Positions 23,782 through 34,123 of a stretch of DNA of 64,000 bases are shown piece by piece. Origin of the DNA: Tubulanus polymorphus. Its lineage: Eukaryota; Animalia; Nemertea. The stretch lies in assembly GCF_964204645.1 (NCBI RefSeq), contig NW_027437435.1, positions 116,836-180,835 on the forward strand, given 5' to 3'. The notes under the pieces are model-generated. The model was not told the DNA's origin and ran no database searches. It saw nothing but the letters and a program-made list of their open reading frames with translations. The position numbers and the translations under genes are program-made. How positions within the stretch are numbered: the first letter of the stretch is position 1; the number at the start of each line of letters is the position of its first letter.

Positions 23782-25079
23782 AACATAAAATCAATATCAT
23801 CATACTCGAAATCACTATTGGCTTCTTCATTTTCATTTAATTGTTCAGGTTCTTCTTCCATTCCATTTTTCTCATTTAAATAAAGTTCTATCTTGTTCCA
23901 CATTTCATCTCGCTCTCTTTGTTTCTTTTTGTTTGTTAATTCATCAAATGGAATTATAATATCTAGGTTTAAATAATTTACAATCTTATTTAAAAAGAAT
24001 TCATAATTTATTGAATCTGTTATTCTATTTTCCAAATGATACATTAATATTTGTTTAAATATTTTTTTTATATTTTCCATATCTTCTTCTGTTAATTTAG
24101 GTTTTTCATAATAATCGTTAAATAATAAATATAAATACATTTTCTTTTGTTTTGTGTTAAATGTTGGTGGAATAATTGTTTTTATAATATCTTTTTTAGT
24201 TATTTCACCATTTTTATTTTCTATTATTTTCATTTTTTCAAGCCATTGCATATATTCTGGTGTATGATCTTCTATAGAAAATATTTTAAAAATTTCATCT
24301 AGATAATTTAATTTTGGTTCTATGAGAAAATCTCTAGTTTTTTCTTCACCCCATAAATTCTTTTGCCATCCACATTCAACACAAAATAACACAGTACCTT
24401 CTTGCCTTAAGGTCGCATAACTACATTGTGGGCATTTTTGTTTATAATTTCTTGGTAATAGATCTTCATTAAGCTCTTGGTATTTTCTTACGTTTTCTTT
24501 ATGTTTTATTGTTCTATTATGTAGATTTGAATTACTTGTTGTAATAATCAATTTACAATATTTACAATAATATGTTTTTCTTGTTAATTCATTATATTGT
24601 TTTTCTAACTTTTCAACTGTTTCTTTATTATCTGGTAACGTTTTCTCATATTTTATTTTTTCTAATAAATTATTTTTTCTTTCATTGAATTCAGTTTCAA
24701 ATTTATTAGAAATTTTATCTATATGTGCTTTACGAAATTGATGATTCTCCCAATCTTCTATATTTTCAGGGTTATATTTTACTTGACAAGGCTCACAGAA
24801 ATAATCTTTTATATTATCCTTATCATAGAATAAGAAAGGTCTTTTCCAAATAACTTCAGGTTCAACTTCAGCAGAATTACTATCAACATTAGCTGTTGCA
24901 CCATTAATTCTACACTTCTCTGAATGTTTTTTAACATAATTTCTTGAGAATAATTTATTACATTTTGGACAGTTTATTTTAGGGGGTTTATAATTTTCAT
25001 CATGTTTTTTCATATGTCGAGCCATATTACTTTTTCTTAGAAGTTCACCACAAATTTCGCATGCTATCTTCTCATCCAT
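23778..25079 (-). CDS. Multi-zinc-finger protein with a C-terminal VLTF3 (poxvirus A2)-like late transcription factor region
   Basis: About four C2H2/C2HC fingers, then a CPQC-x13-CVECG zinc ribbon and SINYEFFLNKI...IPFDELTNKKKQRERDEMWNKI, resembling the recalled VLTF3 C-terminal pattern (Y.Y.L.K....L......P.LK...K....D..W..I). Confidence 0.7.
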   Translation of the reverse strand: MDEKIACEICGELLRKSNMARHMKKHDENYKPPKINCPKCNKLFSRNYVKKHSEKCRINGATANVDSNSAEVEPEVIWKRPFLFYDKDNIKDYFCEPCQVKYNPENIEDWENHQFRKAHIDKISNKFETEFNERKNNLLEKIKYEKTLPDNKETVEKLEKQYNELTRKTYYCKYCKLIITTSNSNLHNRTIKHKENVRKYQELNEDLLPRNYKQKCPQCSYATLRQEGTVLFCVECGWQKNLWGEEKTRDFLIEPKLNYLDEIFKIFSIEDHTPEYMQWLEKMKIIENKNGEITKKDIIKTIIPPTFNTKQKKMYLYLLFNDYYEKPKLTEEDMENIKKIFKQILMYHLENRITDSINYEFFLNKIVNYLNLDIIIPFDELTNKKKQRERDEMWNKIELYLNEKNGMEEEPEQLNENEEANSDFEYDDIDFMF

Positions 25080-25147
25080 TTATTAAGGAATAATTTTATT
25101 AAAATTAATTTTTAGTGATGAGCGGTAATTTTTTTATGTTATAAATA

Positions 25148-25909
25148 ATGGTAGAATTAAAAGAATACAGAATATTTATTGATTCTAGAAAACTTACAAA
25201 TTATAAATCTCATAATTTACTAGTACAATTAGATAGAGAATTCAAGAATTGTGTAGATTTAAAATTAGTTAATATAAGTTTATGTAATTCTTTTTACAAT
25301 GTATCGGATAAGTCTATTGAACATAGAGTCTTTTTAGTTTTTAATAAAAATAAAAATGAATGGGTCTATATATATTTAAAACCAGGGTTATATAATTTAG
25401 ATACATTAGCACAAGAAATTAATAGAAAAGCCTGGCACAAATTAGGTAGTAGTTCTGGGTTTAGTATTAGATTTTTAAAAAGTGAGAGTTCTGATAGAAT
25501 AAAGATAAGGTTGTCTAATAGTGAAAAACATAAACTTATGGTAAAAAAACCTATAGCTAAACTGTTAGGAATTCTTCCAGATAGATCTTTTACAAATATT
25601 GATGCTACTACACCAAACTTAATACCTTACACACATTTTTATATTTATTGCAATTTAATCGATCCTACAAAAACATTCGAAGCAACTAAAGATATAACTT
25701 GTAATTCTGGTTTACTAAACATTTTACCATTGAAGAATGTTAAAGAATTTGGAACGCAAATAAATTATAATTTAACAGAATGTGATTTCAAACCATGCAT
25801 TCCTAGTTTTAATAATTTTAGATTAGAAATTAGAAATCATAATGGATACTTAATTGATTTAAATAATTTCCCTGTAATTTATGAATTAGTTATAAGATGT
25901 AAAGAGTAA
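25148..25909 (+). CDS. Minor capsid protein (penton, single jelly roll)
   Basis: Penton-like pattern: IFIDSR, SFYNV, PGLYN, FYIYCNLI, LNILP, FRLEIRNHNGYLIDLN; beta-rich. Confidence 0.8.
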   Translation: MVELKEYRIFIDSRKLTNYKSHNLLVQLDREFKNCVDLKLVNISLCNSFYNVSDKSIEHRVFLVFNKNKNEWVYIYLKPGLYNLDTLAQEINRKAWHKLGSSSGFSIRFLKSESSDRIKIRLSNSEKHKLMVKKPIAKLLGILPDRSFTNIDATTPNLIPYTHFYIYCNLIDPTKTFEATKDITCNSGLLNILPLKNVKEFGTQINYNLTECDFKPCIPSFNNFRLEIRNHNGYLIDLNNFPVIYELVIRCKE

Positions 25910-25926
25910 TTTTTTTCACTATATAA

Positions 25927-26268
25927 ATGAATATAACTGTTGGACCGAGTATATGTTTTGGGTTTGATTTTAAACATGGTAAAGAAATGAGAATTAAACT
26001 AAATGATGTAATTACTGATATAAAAAGTAAATCATTTAACAATGCATCAATGATTGATAAAGAAAAGTATAATATAGAAAAAGTAATTGATTTAATTAAA
26101 TCACCTTTAGAATATTATGAATTAAATGAAGATGGAATTATTGAAGATATTAAAAACATATTAACCAAAATATATGATAATCATAAAACTAGTAATGAAA
26201 TAAATGTTGAATTAATCATAAATAAGTTAACTAAATATTTTGATGATAGTAATTTTTTTGATAAATAA
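25927..26268 (+). CDS. Hypothetical protein
   Basis: 113-aa ORF with TAAATG start, in the collinear gene block. Confidence 0.75.
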   Translation: MNITVGPSICFGFDFKHGKEMRIKLNDVITDIKSKSFNNASMIDKEKYNIEKVIDLIKSPLEYYELNEDGIIEDIKNILTKIYDNHKTSNEINVELIINKLTKYFDDSNFFDK

Positions 26269-26490
26269 ATGAGTGATAATAAGTGGATAATAACTGGATT
26301 ATATAATGGCGCATTACTATCAGTTGGAACTGTTGGTTATTCAATGGTATTAAAAAAAGTATTCAAAATGGGAAGTGTTAATGTTGATAGATTTGATATA
26401 AATGATATTCTAAAATTAACATTAGCAGTTACTTTATCTAATTTAACTATTGATTACTTGGAAAAACAAAAATATATTCCTCCCATATAA
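26269..26490 (+). CDS. Small hydrophobic protein, putative virion membrane protein
   Basis: 73 aa, two moderately hydrophobic segments, TAAATG start abutting the upstream stop. Confidence 0.75.
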   Translation: MSDNKWIITGLYNGALLSVGTVGYSMVLKKVFKMGSVNVDRFDINDILKLTLAVTLSNLTIDYLEKQKYIPPI

Positions 26491-26514
26491 ATACATAATT
26501 TTTTTGTTAAATAA

Positions 26515-26937
26515 ATGGCTTCTGCAATTATAACTATTATAGGATCAGCAATTGTTAACGCTTTAGCATTTACTGGTGGTGGTTATTTATTTAAACATAT
26601 TGATAAAAATAGTTCATTAGGAGAACAAAGAAGACATAACTTAGCGTTAGAGAAATACAATAAAGCTGCAGAAGAATATAGAGAAAAGAGACAAAACTAT
26701 ATGGATTATATTAACAAAGAATTATATGATCAGAAGATTTCACACAGAGATTTTCAATCAGTTGATGATGCAATGAGTTTATATAACGCAGTAACAAATA
26801 AAGAAAAATTACATCTATACAAACCTAAATTATCAGATTATTATACCCCAAGTAAAGAACAACAGAAATATGAAATAATATGGATTTTAGGTGGAACTGT
26901 TATTGTTATATTTGTTGCTTATAAATTTACTAATTAG
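26515..26937 (+). CDS. Putative membrane protein (N- and C-terminal hydrophobic helices, central helical region)
   Basis: MASAIITIIGSAIVNALAFTGGGYLF...RHNLALEK...IIWILGGTVIVIFVAY; TAAATG start. Confidence 0.8.
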   Translation: MASAIITIIGSAIVNALAFTGGGYLFKHIDKNSSLGEQRRHNLALEKYNKAAEEYREKRQNYMDYINKELYDQKISHRDFQSVDDAMSLYNAVTNKEKLHLYKPKLSDYYTPSKEQQKYEIIWILGGTVIVIFVAYKFTN

Positions 26938-26956
26938 TAATTTTTATTCTAAATAA

Positions 26957-27391
26957 ATGGAAGATAAAGTTGATAGTATTGATATTATTCCTCATGATAT
27001 AAATAAAACTAAATTAAAAACATATTTAGAAAAACAAATATTAGAATTTGAAAGTGACTTAAAGATAAAAAAGAAAAAATATTTAAAATCTAAAATTATA
27101 GATTATTTGATTATAAGTGGTTCGGTTACAATTAGTTCTGTAATAACATTTCTAGCAATATTCAGTCCATTAACACCTTTAGCTATATCAATTGGTGTAT
27201 TAGGATTAAGTTCAAGTGTTTTAACTGGTATAAGTTCAAAATTAAATATAAAAAGTAATAAAGAAAAAATTAAAACTAATATAAAAGAAATTAATAAATT
27301 AAAGAATACACTAGATTATATAATAAGTTTAAATGGTCATATAACAGTTGAAGAACAAGATAAATTATTAAAAGAATTAGTTAATTATTAA
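26957..27391 (+). CDS. Two-TM-helix protein with flanking coiled coils
   Basis: Hydrophobic hairpin at aa ~51-95; TAAATG start. Confidence 0.8.
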   Translation: MEDKVDSIDIIPHDINKTKLKTYLEKQILEFESDLKIKKKKYLKSKIIDYLIISGSVTISSVITFLAIFSPLTPLAISIGVLGLSSSVLTGISSKLNIKSNKEKIKTNIKEINKLKNTLDYIISLNGHITVEEQDKLLKELVNY

Positions 27392-27407
27392 TTTTTTAAT
27401 TATATAA

Positions 27408-28709
27408 ATGGGGTTTCCAAAAGCTTTCCAATATAATAAATCAATTAAATATAATATTCCGGCAATAGATTTTAAGAAAAATATTACATATAAAAATATA
27501 GTTTTAAATTCATTAACTAATTTAGAAATTTATGTTAATGAATCACAGTTTTTTATTTCTAAAATGGAAAATATATTTAATACATATGAAGTTACTTTTA
27601 CTCGAGATGAATATCATATATATAAAGTAAAATCTAATATGAAATATTGGCAGAATCAATTAAATTTTGCTGTTTATTGTGCAACAACAGGATGTGGAAT
27701 TAGTTGGAATGATCATTTAAATAACTTAGATAAAAATTTGAAGTATTCTGATTTAAAATTAATTCACACAATATTTAGATTTCACACATATTTTCAAATC
27801 AGAATAATATTAAATGAATTAGAATGTCCTTTACCCGGGTCTAAATATTTTAAAGAATTGGATAATAATATTAATATATCCAAGTTTTATAAAATATGTA
27901 ATGAATTTAATATAAATATTAATTCCGATTTCAGAGCGCATGGTAAATTGCAAGGTGTTGGTGAACAGTAGGAAATAAAAAGAATTGATTATATGCATAG
28001 AATTGGAGCTTATCATAATTATAAAATTGATAATAATAATGGTTGGGTTAATTTCATTTTAGAAAATGGTGAAGGTTTTACAAAATCAGTTATACAAAGA
28101 ATAAATCAATCTATTAGAATTTATTTGATATGTATTTTAGGCGCTCAAGTTGAAACAAGATCCCCAATAATTGGAAATGATAACACTTCATTCGATGCGC
28201 AGAAACAGTTTAAAGTTTTATTTGAAGATTCAATTCATAATTATAAAAATAGATCGATTCCAGAAAACATTATAAGATATCAAAATTATTTAGATAAATC
28301 TCATGTAAGACTAAATTATTGTATAGGCCCTAATCTATTAATTATTTCTAATGATTTAGTATTAAAGATGGGAAACATAATTGGTTATAATAATCTAATT
28401 AAAACTGCAACAATAAATAATTCATTTGGGTTAAATGATATAAATAAAAAGATTATCACTGCTCCAAAATTAATGGAAGGTGAAAAAAATAAAAAACACA
28501 TTCAATCAACTGAAACTAAAACTAAGAATATTAAATTGGATAATGATTCCAAAATAAAAGATTACAATACATCAGAAAATATAAAAACTGATAAAATTCA
28601 ACATGATATAATTAAAACTGATAATGATAATAAATCACATGAAAATACTAAATTAGCTATAACTTGTATAGGAATTGTAATCGGAGGAATATTATATTTT
28701 AAATTTTAA
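27408..28709 (+). pseudogene. Polinton protein of unknown function with C-terminal TM anchor, interrupted by one in-frame TAG (27969-27971)
   Basis: ORFs 27408-27971 and 27993-28709 are in the same frame and only the first has a TAAATG start. Motifs QLNFAVYCATTGCG and ILGAQVETRS. Confidence 0.75.
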
Positions 28710-28726
28710 TTTTTTTTATTATATAA

Positions 28727-30166
28727 ATGGAAGTAGAAGGTGTAGAAGATATTGGAATGGATCCTTTTGATGAACCTGGTATAACTGATGAACAACCACC
28801 TGATTTTGATGAAACAAGTTTCAGTAACGAAAATGAAACAGCATATAATTCTAATTTAGCAAGACCTGATACCAATGAATATGTTAATAAAGCACGTTCA
28901 AGATTGGATATTGAAAATGAAAATCCAGATTTAATGAAAAAAGAACTAGAATATGACGAATTAACAGATAAATTCAAACCAATATTAGAAAAATCTGGAT
29001 TCAATATAACAAATAAAGGTGTGAATTATTTAGTAAAAGATTTGAAATATTTAAATGGTGATTATTATTGGCATTTGAAAGATGACTATTATTTTAAGAT
29101 TTCTTCTAATAAAAGTCTTGATAAAATAATAACAAAATCAACTTTTATTAAATTAGAACAATCTAAAATTAAAAAAATCAATAATGATGTTATAACTGAT
29201 GTTACAGAAGAAGAGATAAATCAAAATAGAAGAGAATTTAATCGAAGAAATAATGATTTTTTGAAGATAATTAATGAAAATTTAGAACCAGAAACAATTC
29301 CTAAAGAAGATAAAACTTCCAAAACTAGTAGACCTAATTCAAGAGAAGTTCAAACTGAAAAACTTTTACCGAAGGGATTACTTGATGCAACAGATCAAGA
29401 ATTAGAAGATTTAGATATATTTTCTGATAAAGCAATTAGAGAAATTATTAGTATAAGACTTGCATCTGATAAAATTGCACATAATAAAAGTATAAGAGAT
29501 TTTAAAATTAGAACTTTAGAAAAAGAATTAACTGATAAAAATAAAGAAATAGAACAATTAAAGTCTGATTTAGATCATCAAGTAATTGATGAAATAGAAT
29601 ATAGGCAAAAAGAATTACGTTTAGAAAAAGAAAAAGATGATTTAGAATATAACATAGAATTACAAAAAGAAGAAATTAAATTATTGTTAAAATCATATGA
29701 TTATAATATTAATAGATTAAAAGTTATTTTTAAAGATTTGTTGATTAAACCAAATTCTGAAATATCACTAAAAGACAGAATAAGATTATTATTTAAATTA
29801 GAAGGAATAACAATTCTTTCAATTCTAACAGCTGTAACTATGTTATTCACAACAATAGGTTTAGCAATATCAAATGCTTTGAAATCTACTCCTACTCCCA
29901 ATAAACCAGATAAACCTCCAGGTAATAATTCTATACAAGATAAAGTTAAGGATGGTTTAAAGAAATTAGCAAAATATTTATGGGAACTATCTAAAAAATC
30001 TGCTGCAGCATTGCCAGGAGTTATTGCTTCAATTGTTGGTTTTATATTGAAATCTGCAGGAAACATTATTAACTTTGCTGCTGAACATATTATTTTATTT
30101 TTAATTACGGTTGTAAGTGCTATTATTTTTGGTTTAGTAAATATGATATCAAAAAATATCAAGTAA
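28727..30166 (+). CDS. Acidic/coiled-coil protein with C-terminal hydrophobic helices (putative membrane-active or virion protein)
   Basis: 479 aa; DETSF motif, coiled coil at aa ~255-330, EGITILSILTAVTMLFTTIGLAI and ALPGVIASIVGFIL. Confidence 0.8.
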   Translation: MEVEGVEDIGMDPFDEPGITDEQPPDFDETSFSNENETAYNSNLARPDTNEYVNKARSRLDIENENPDLMKKELEYDELTDKFKPILEKSGFNITNKGVNYLVKDLKYLNGDYYWHLKDDYYFKISSNKSLDKIITKSTFIKLEQSKIKKINNDVITDVTEEEINQNRREFNRRNNDFLKIINENLEPETIPKEDKTSKTSRPNSREVQTEKLLPKGLLDATDQELEDLDIFSDKAIREIISIRLASDKIAHNKSIRDFKIRTLEKELTDKNKEIEQLKSDLDHQVIDEIEYRQKELRLEKEKDDLEYNIELQKEEIKLLLKSYDYNINRLKVIFKDLLIKPNSEISLKDRIRLLFKLEGITILSILTAVTMLFTTIGLAISNALKSTPTPNKPDKPPGNNSIQDKVKDGLKKLAKYLWELSKKSAAALPGVIASIVGFILKSAGNIINFAAEHIILFLITVVSAIIFGLVNMISKNIK

Positions 30167-30207
30167 ACCATGATAAAAAATAAATAATTAATTTTTTTGT
30201 TAAATAA

Positions 30208-31455
30208 ATGAGTGGGAGTTATATAAGCCCTTCCAAGATTTCTAGAATATCTAATGCTATTAAAGCAGAAAGATCACATCATATAATTACTCATAACCCT
30301 TCAAATATTAATCCCGATGAAACTTTATATGTTAGAATTCCTAGATTAACACAAAATACTTTTTATGTTCCAAATAGTATTTATTTATCAGCTGATATAA
30401 AAGTAATCGGTAATAACAATAATTATGTTGTTGATGATGTTGGAAGATATTTGATTAAAAAGTTAACAATAAAGATTGGTCCAGAAACAGTTTTCTCATT
30501 AGATGATTATAATTTATTTATGCATTATAAAGATTTATGGTTAACTAAAGAAAATAGAAATAATATGATATTTCAGGGTATTCAATCAGAAAACCAAAAT
30601 AAATTAAGATCAGAAGCTAATAGCGCAATATTAACAAATGATGTAGATAAATTGATAAAAAGTATATATGGAAGCAAATATAAAATTCCATTAGACTTTG
30701 AATTGATAAATAATAATGCACCTTTATATAAATACGCAATTCAAGAAGATATTATATTTGAGATAACATTTGCTCCTGTAAATGAAATTGTATTATCTAG
30801 CGTTAATAAAGATATGAGTTATAAATTATCGAATATATGTTTAGAATATGATACAGTAACTGATGAAAATATTTCAAGTATAATTCAAACTAAATATAAT
30901 CAAGGGTTTTCATTATTATATGATTATATTGATAAATTTAAAACTGTAACTATTAATGCAAATGATGAAATAATTAATGAGAATATTAACTTTCCTAGAA
31001 GATCTATTAAAGGTATATTAATATTTTTTACTATTGCAACATATTCTAATGGTGCAATAAATGTTGATAATTATTATAATCCTGAAATAACAAAAGTAGA
31101 AATAACTATCGAAGGAATAGCGAATAAAATATTTTGTCAAGGAATGAGAATGATTGATCAATGGCCAGAAATTAAAAAACATTTTATGAATGAAAAAGTA
31201 AAATCATTTGAAAATTGTAATATTAATCAAATTGATTATTATACCGGTAATAAATATGCATTATGGTTAGATTTTAGAACAACAGAGGATAATTCATTAC
31301 ATGGTTCTGGGAAAAAACTACAAAATACAAAAGATGGAATACAATTATTCATGACAAAGAATAAAGGAATCAAAAATTTTAAAATGCATATTTATATTAT
31401 ATCTGACGCGCAATTAAATATTGTAAATTCACAATTAGATAGTATTCAATATTAG
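30208..31455 (+). CDS. Major capsid protein (double jelly roll)
   Basis: 415 aa, beta-rich, next to integrase and ATPase; NPSNINPDETLYVRIP, NICLEYD, RSIKGILIFF and LWLDFR patterns as recalled for polintovirus MCPs. Confidence 0.8.
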   Translation: MSGSYISPSKISRISNAIKAERSHHIITHNPSNINPDETLYVRIPRLTQNTFYVPNSIYLSADIKVIGNNNNYVVDDVGRYLIKKLTIKIGPETVFSLDDYNLFMHYKDLWLTKENRNNMIFQGIQSENQNKLRSEANSAILTNDVDKLIKSIYGSKYKIPLDFELINNNAPLYKYAIQEDIIFEITFAPVNEIVLSSVNKDMSYKLSNICLEYDTVTDENISSIIQTKYNQGFSLLYDYIDKFKTVTINANDEIINENINFPRRSIKGILIFFTIATYSNGAINVDNYYNPEITKVEITIEGIANKIFCQGMRMIDQWPEIKKHFMNEKVKSFENCNINQIDYYTGNKYALWLDFRTTEDNSLHGSGKKLQNTKDGIQLFMTKNKGIKNFKMHIYIISDAQLNIVNSQLDSIQY

Positions 31456-31485
31456 AAATATAAAGTTAAAATTAAGGATATATAA

Positions 31486-32613
31486 ATGAGTGGTAAAAAA
31501 ACTCCTAATACTAAAGAACAATATTTAAGAAATTTATATTACAACCCTGAGAGTTCGGTTGCTTATTCTTCTACTAAAAATATATGGCGTAAAGTAAAAC
31601 AAGATAAATTAGATAAGATAATCCCACAAAATTTAGTTAAATATAAAGATAAAAATGAATTTATGTTAGAACAACCAACATATACAACACATAAAAAAAT
31701 TGTTAGAAAATATAAAACTCGTAAAACTATGGTAAGTTATGTAGATCAACAGTGGCAAGGAGATTTAATTGATATGAAAAATCTTAAAAAAGATTATAAT
31801 GATTATTGGTGGATATTGAATATAATTGATATTTTTAGTCGTTATGTATGGAGCTTCCCACTTTATAGAAAAGATGCTGCACAAACATCACATGTTTTAA
31901 GAAAATTTCTTTCAGGTGGTAAACTAAAACCAGAAAAAATACAATTTGATGATGGAAAAGAATTTGATAATTCATTAGTTCATGGACTTTTAGATTTTCA
32001 TAATATTAAATATTTTTCAACAAAATCAGATAAAAAAGCAGCAGTTGTTGAACGATTTAATAGAACATTAAGAACAAGAATGTGGAAATATTTTACAGCA
32101 AATAATACTTTGAAATGGATTGATATTTTACCAAAATTGATAGAAGGATATAATAATTCTTATCATTCTTCTATTGGAATGAAACCTATTAATGCTAGAA
32201 AACCTGAAAATGCTGAAATTGTTTGGAATAATTTATATGGAGCATTTCTTATAGATGATTTTGGTGAATCTAAATTTAAAGTTGGTCAAAATGTTAGAAT
32301 TTCTAAGTATAAAAAGATATTTGATAAAGGATACGATCGAAATTTTACTAGGGAAATATATAAAATAAAAAAGGTAATAACAACAAAACCATATGTCTAT
32401 AAATTAGAAGATTTAGATGGTGAAGAAGTTGATGGCTACTTTTACGAAGAAGAATTAAGTTTAACTACTGAAAATCTAGAACAAGAATATAAAATTGAAA
32501 AAGTACTAAAAACAAAAACTGTTAAAAGAAAAAAATATTCTTTAGTAAAATGGGTTGGATGGCCAGATAAATTTAATGAATGGATATTATCAAGTAAAAT
32601 TAAAAATATATAA
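31486..32613 (+). CDS. int: Retroviral-like (rve) DDE integrase with C-terminal chromodomain
   Basis: WQGDLID, IDIFSRY, QFDDGKEF, VVERFNRTL and YNNSYHSSIGMKP; chromodomain YKIEKVL...LVKWVGWPDKFNEWI. Reading frame intact. Confidence 0.95.
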   Translation: MSGKKTPNTKEQYLRNLYYNPESSVAYSSTKNIWRKVKQDKLDKIIPQNLVKYKDKNEFMLEQPTYTTHKKIVRKYKTRKTMVSYVDQQWQGDLIDMKNLKKDYNDYWWILNIIDIFSRYVWSFPLYRKDAAQTSHVLRKFLSGGKLKPEKIQFDDGKEFDNSLVHGLLDFHNIKYFSTKSDKKAAVVERFNRTLRTRMWKYFTANNTLKWIDILPKLIEGYNNSYHSSIGMKPINARKPENAEIVWNNLYGAFLIDDFGESKFKVGQNVRISKYKKIFDKGYDRNFTREIYKIKKVITTKPYVYKLEDLDGEEVDGYFYEEELSLTTENLEQEYKIEKVLKTKTVKRKKYSLVKWVGWPDKFNEWILSSKIKNI

Positions 32614-33222
32614 ATGAATAAGGAATTATTTATATTTGAGTCTCATAATATGTTAATTTCTGGCGTAACAAATTGTGGAAAAACTTATTTTATATTAAAT
32701 TTATTAGAAACTGTTTATGAAAACTATTTTGATAATATAGTATTATTTTGTCCAACATATGAATTTAATCAAACTTATGATAGAAATATTACTAGGAATA
32801 ATAAATTTATTATATTAGATCCTAAAACAGTAAAAGAAAATTTAGATAATTGTATTAAAATAGCAATTGATATTTATAAAGGATCTAATACATTATTTAT
32901 TATTGATGATTGCGCAAATTTACATGATTCTAAAATTAGAGAAAGTGAGTTATGTTATTTAGCTTTCTCTGGGAGACATTTTGGGATAACAACTTGGGTT
33001 TTAAATCAAAAATATAATTCAATTGTTAAAGACTTTAGAGAAAACATTAGATTTCTAGTTTTATTCTACAATAAAGATAGAAAATCAATGAAAAATGCAC
33101 TTGAGGAAAATGATATTATTCCACATGATTTACATAATGAATATATGGATAAGTTGAAAAATATTAAAAGATCAAAATTACTATTTAGATTACAACACCC
33201 ATTTAAATATGAATTTATTTAA
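32614..33222 (+). CDS. A32/FtsK-HerA-like genome packaging ATPase
   Basis: Walker A GVTNCGKT, Walker B LFIIDD, SGRHFG, LNQ, FREN. Confidence 0.92.
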   Translation: MNKELFIFESHNMLISGVTNCGKTYFILNLLETVYENYFDNIVLFCPTYEFNQTYDRNITRNNKFIILDPKTVKENLDNCIKIAIDIYKGSNTLFIIDDCANLHDSKIRESELCYLAFSGRHFGITTWVLNQKYNSIVKDFRENIRFLVLFYNKDRKSMKNALEENDIIPHDLHNEYMDKLKNIKRSKLLFRLQHPFKYEFI

Positions 33223-33223
33223 A

Positions 33224-33486
33224 TTCAACTAGCTTGTTAATCTAATTGAATTCTAGTTGAATTCTAGTTATTGGTAGTTGTAACAAAAATCAACTAGATT
33301 TAACAATATTTTAACTAGCTTGTCAATCTAGTCTAATTCTAGTTACATTCTAGTTGAATTCTAGTTGTTAGTAGTTGAAACAAAAATCAACTAGATTTAA
33401 CAAGAAATAAACAAAAACAACAATATTTCAACTAGCTTGTTAATCTAGTTGAATTCTAGTTACATTCTAGTTGAATTCTAGTTGCA
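33224..33486. repeat. Intergenic CTAG-rich compound repeat (three units of ~85-115 bp built from 11-bp ATTCTAGTTGA subunits)
   Basis: AACTAGCTTGT starts three units (~33227, ~33313, ~33430); CAAAAATCAACTAGATTTAACAA occurs twice. Confidence 0.85.
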
Positions 33487-33517
33487 ACATCACACAATTA
33501 ATTTATTTGTTTTATAA

Positions 33518-34123
33518 ATGGGAGGTGAAAAGAAAATAAAATCTAAAAATGGTGATGTTCCAATTGAAAAAACTTTAGATGATTTAGGAATAACAGAAAC
33601 AAAATTAACTCCAGATGATGGTGCTTTAAATATTGTTACAACAAATAATAATTATGAATATTATCTTTATTGTAAACATCAATTAGAAATATTAATAGCA
33701 TCTGGAAAATGTAAAAATTTTATCGGTAAAAATTTAACTTATAATGAATTAGATACAATGAAATCAGATGAAATTATTAGATTATTTAAGATTTATGAAG
33801 CCGCGAGAACAGCTAGAATTAATGACGCGATATCAGAAAATGTAGTAAAAGGTTATAGTAAATTATGTAATTATATACTACCAATTGAAGATGAAAATAG
33901 ATTATATTCCGATTTAAAAAATGATTATTTAGTTATGACTGAATTAAATAAATGGATTGGATATTTATCATTTCAATTAGGAGGATTTATGACATTATTA
34001 TCAACTGGTGTTATAACATTTTCAAATATTGAAAGTAAAAATATTTCTATAATAAATGAGCGAAGTGAAAGAAGTGAAGGAATTAACTGTGAAGAAAAAA
34101 CCGAGAACTCAGAAACAAATTGA
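33518..34123 (+). CDS. Hypothetical protein with hydrophobic C-terminal segment
   Basis: 201-aa ORF, TAAATG start. Confidence 0.8.
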   Translation: MGGEKKIKSKNGDVPIEKTLDDLGITETKLTPDDGALNIVTTNNNYEYYLYCKHQLEILIASGKCKNFIGKNLTYNELDTMKSDEIIRLFKIYEAARTARINDAISENVVKGYSKLCNYILPIEDENRLYSDLKNDYLVMTELNKWIGYLSFQLGGFMTLLSTGVITFSNIESKNISIINERSERSEGINCEEKTENSETN

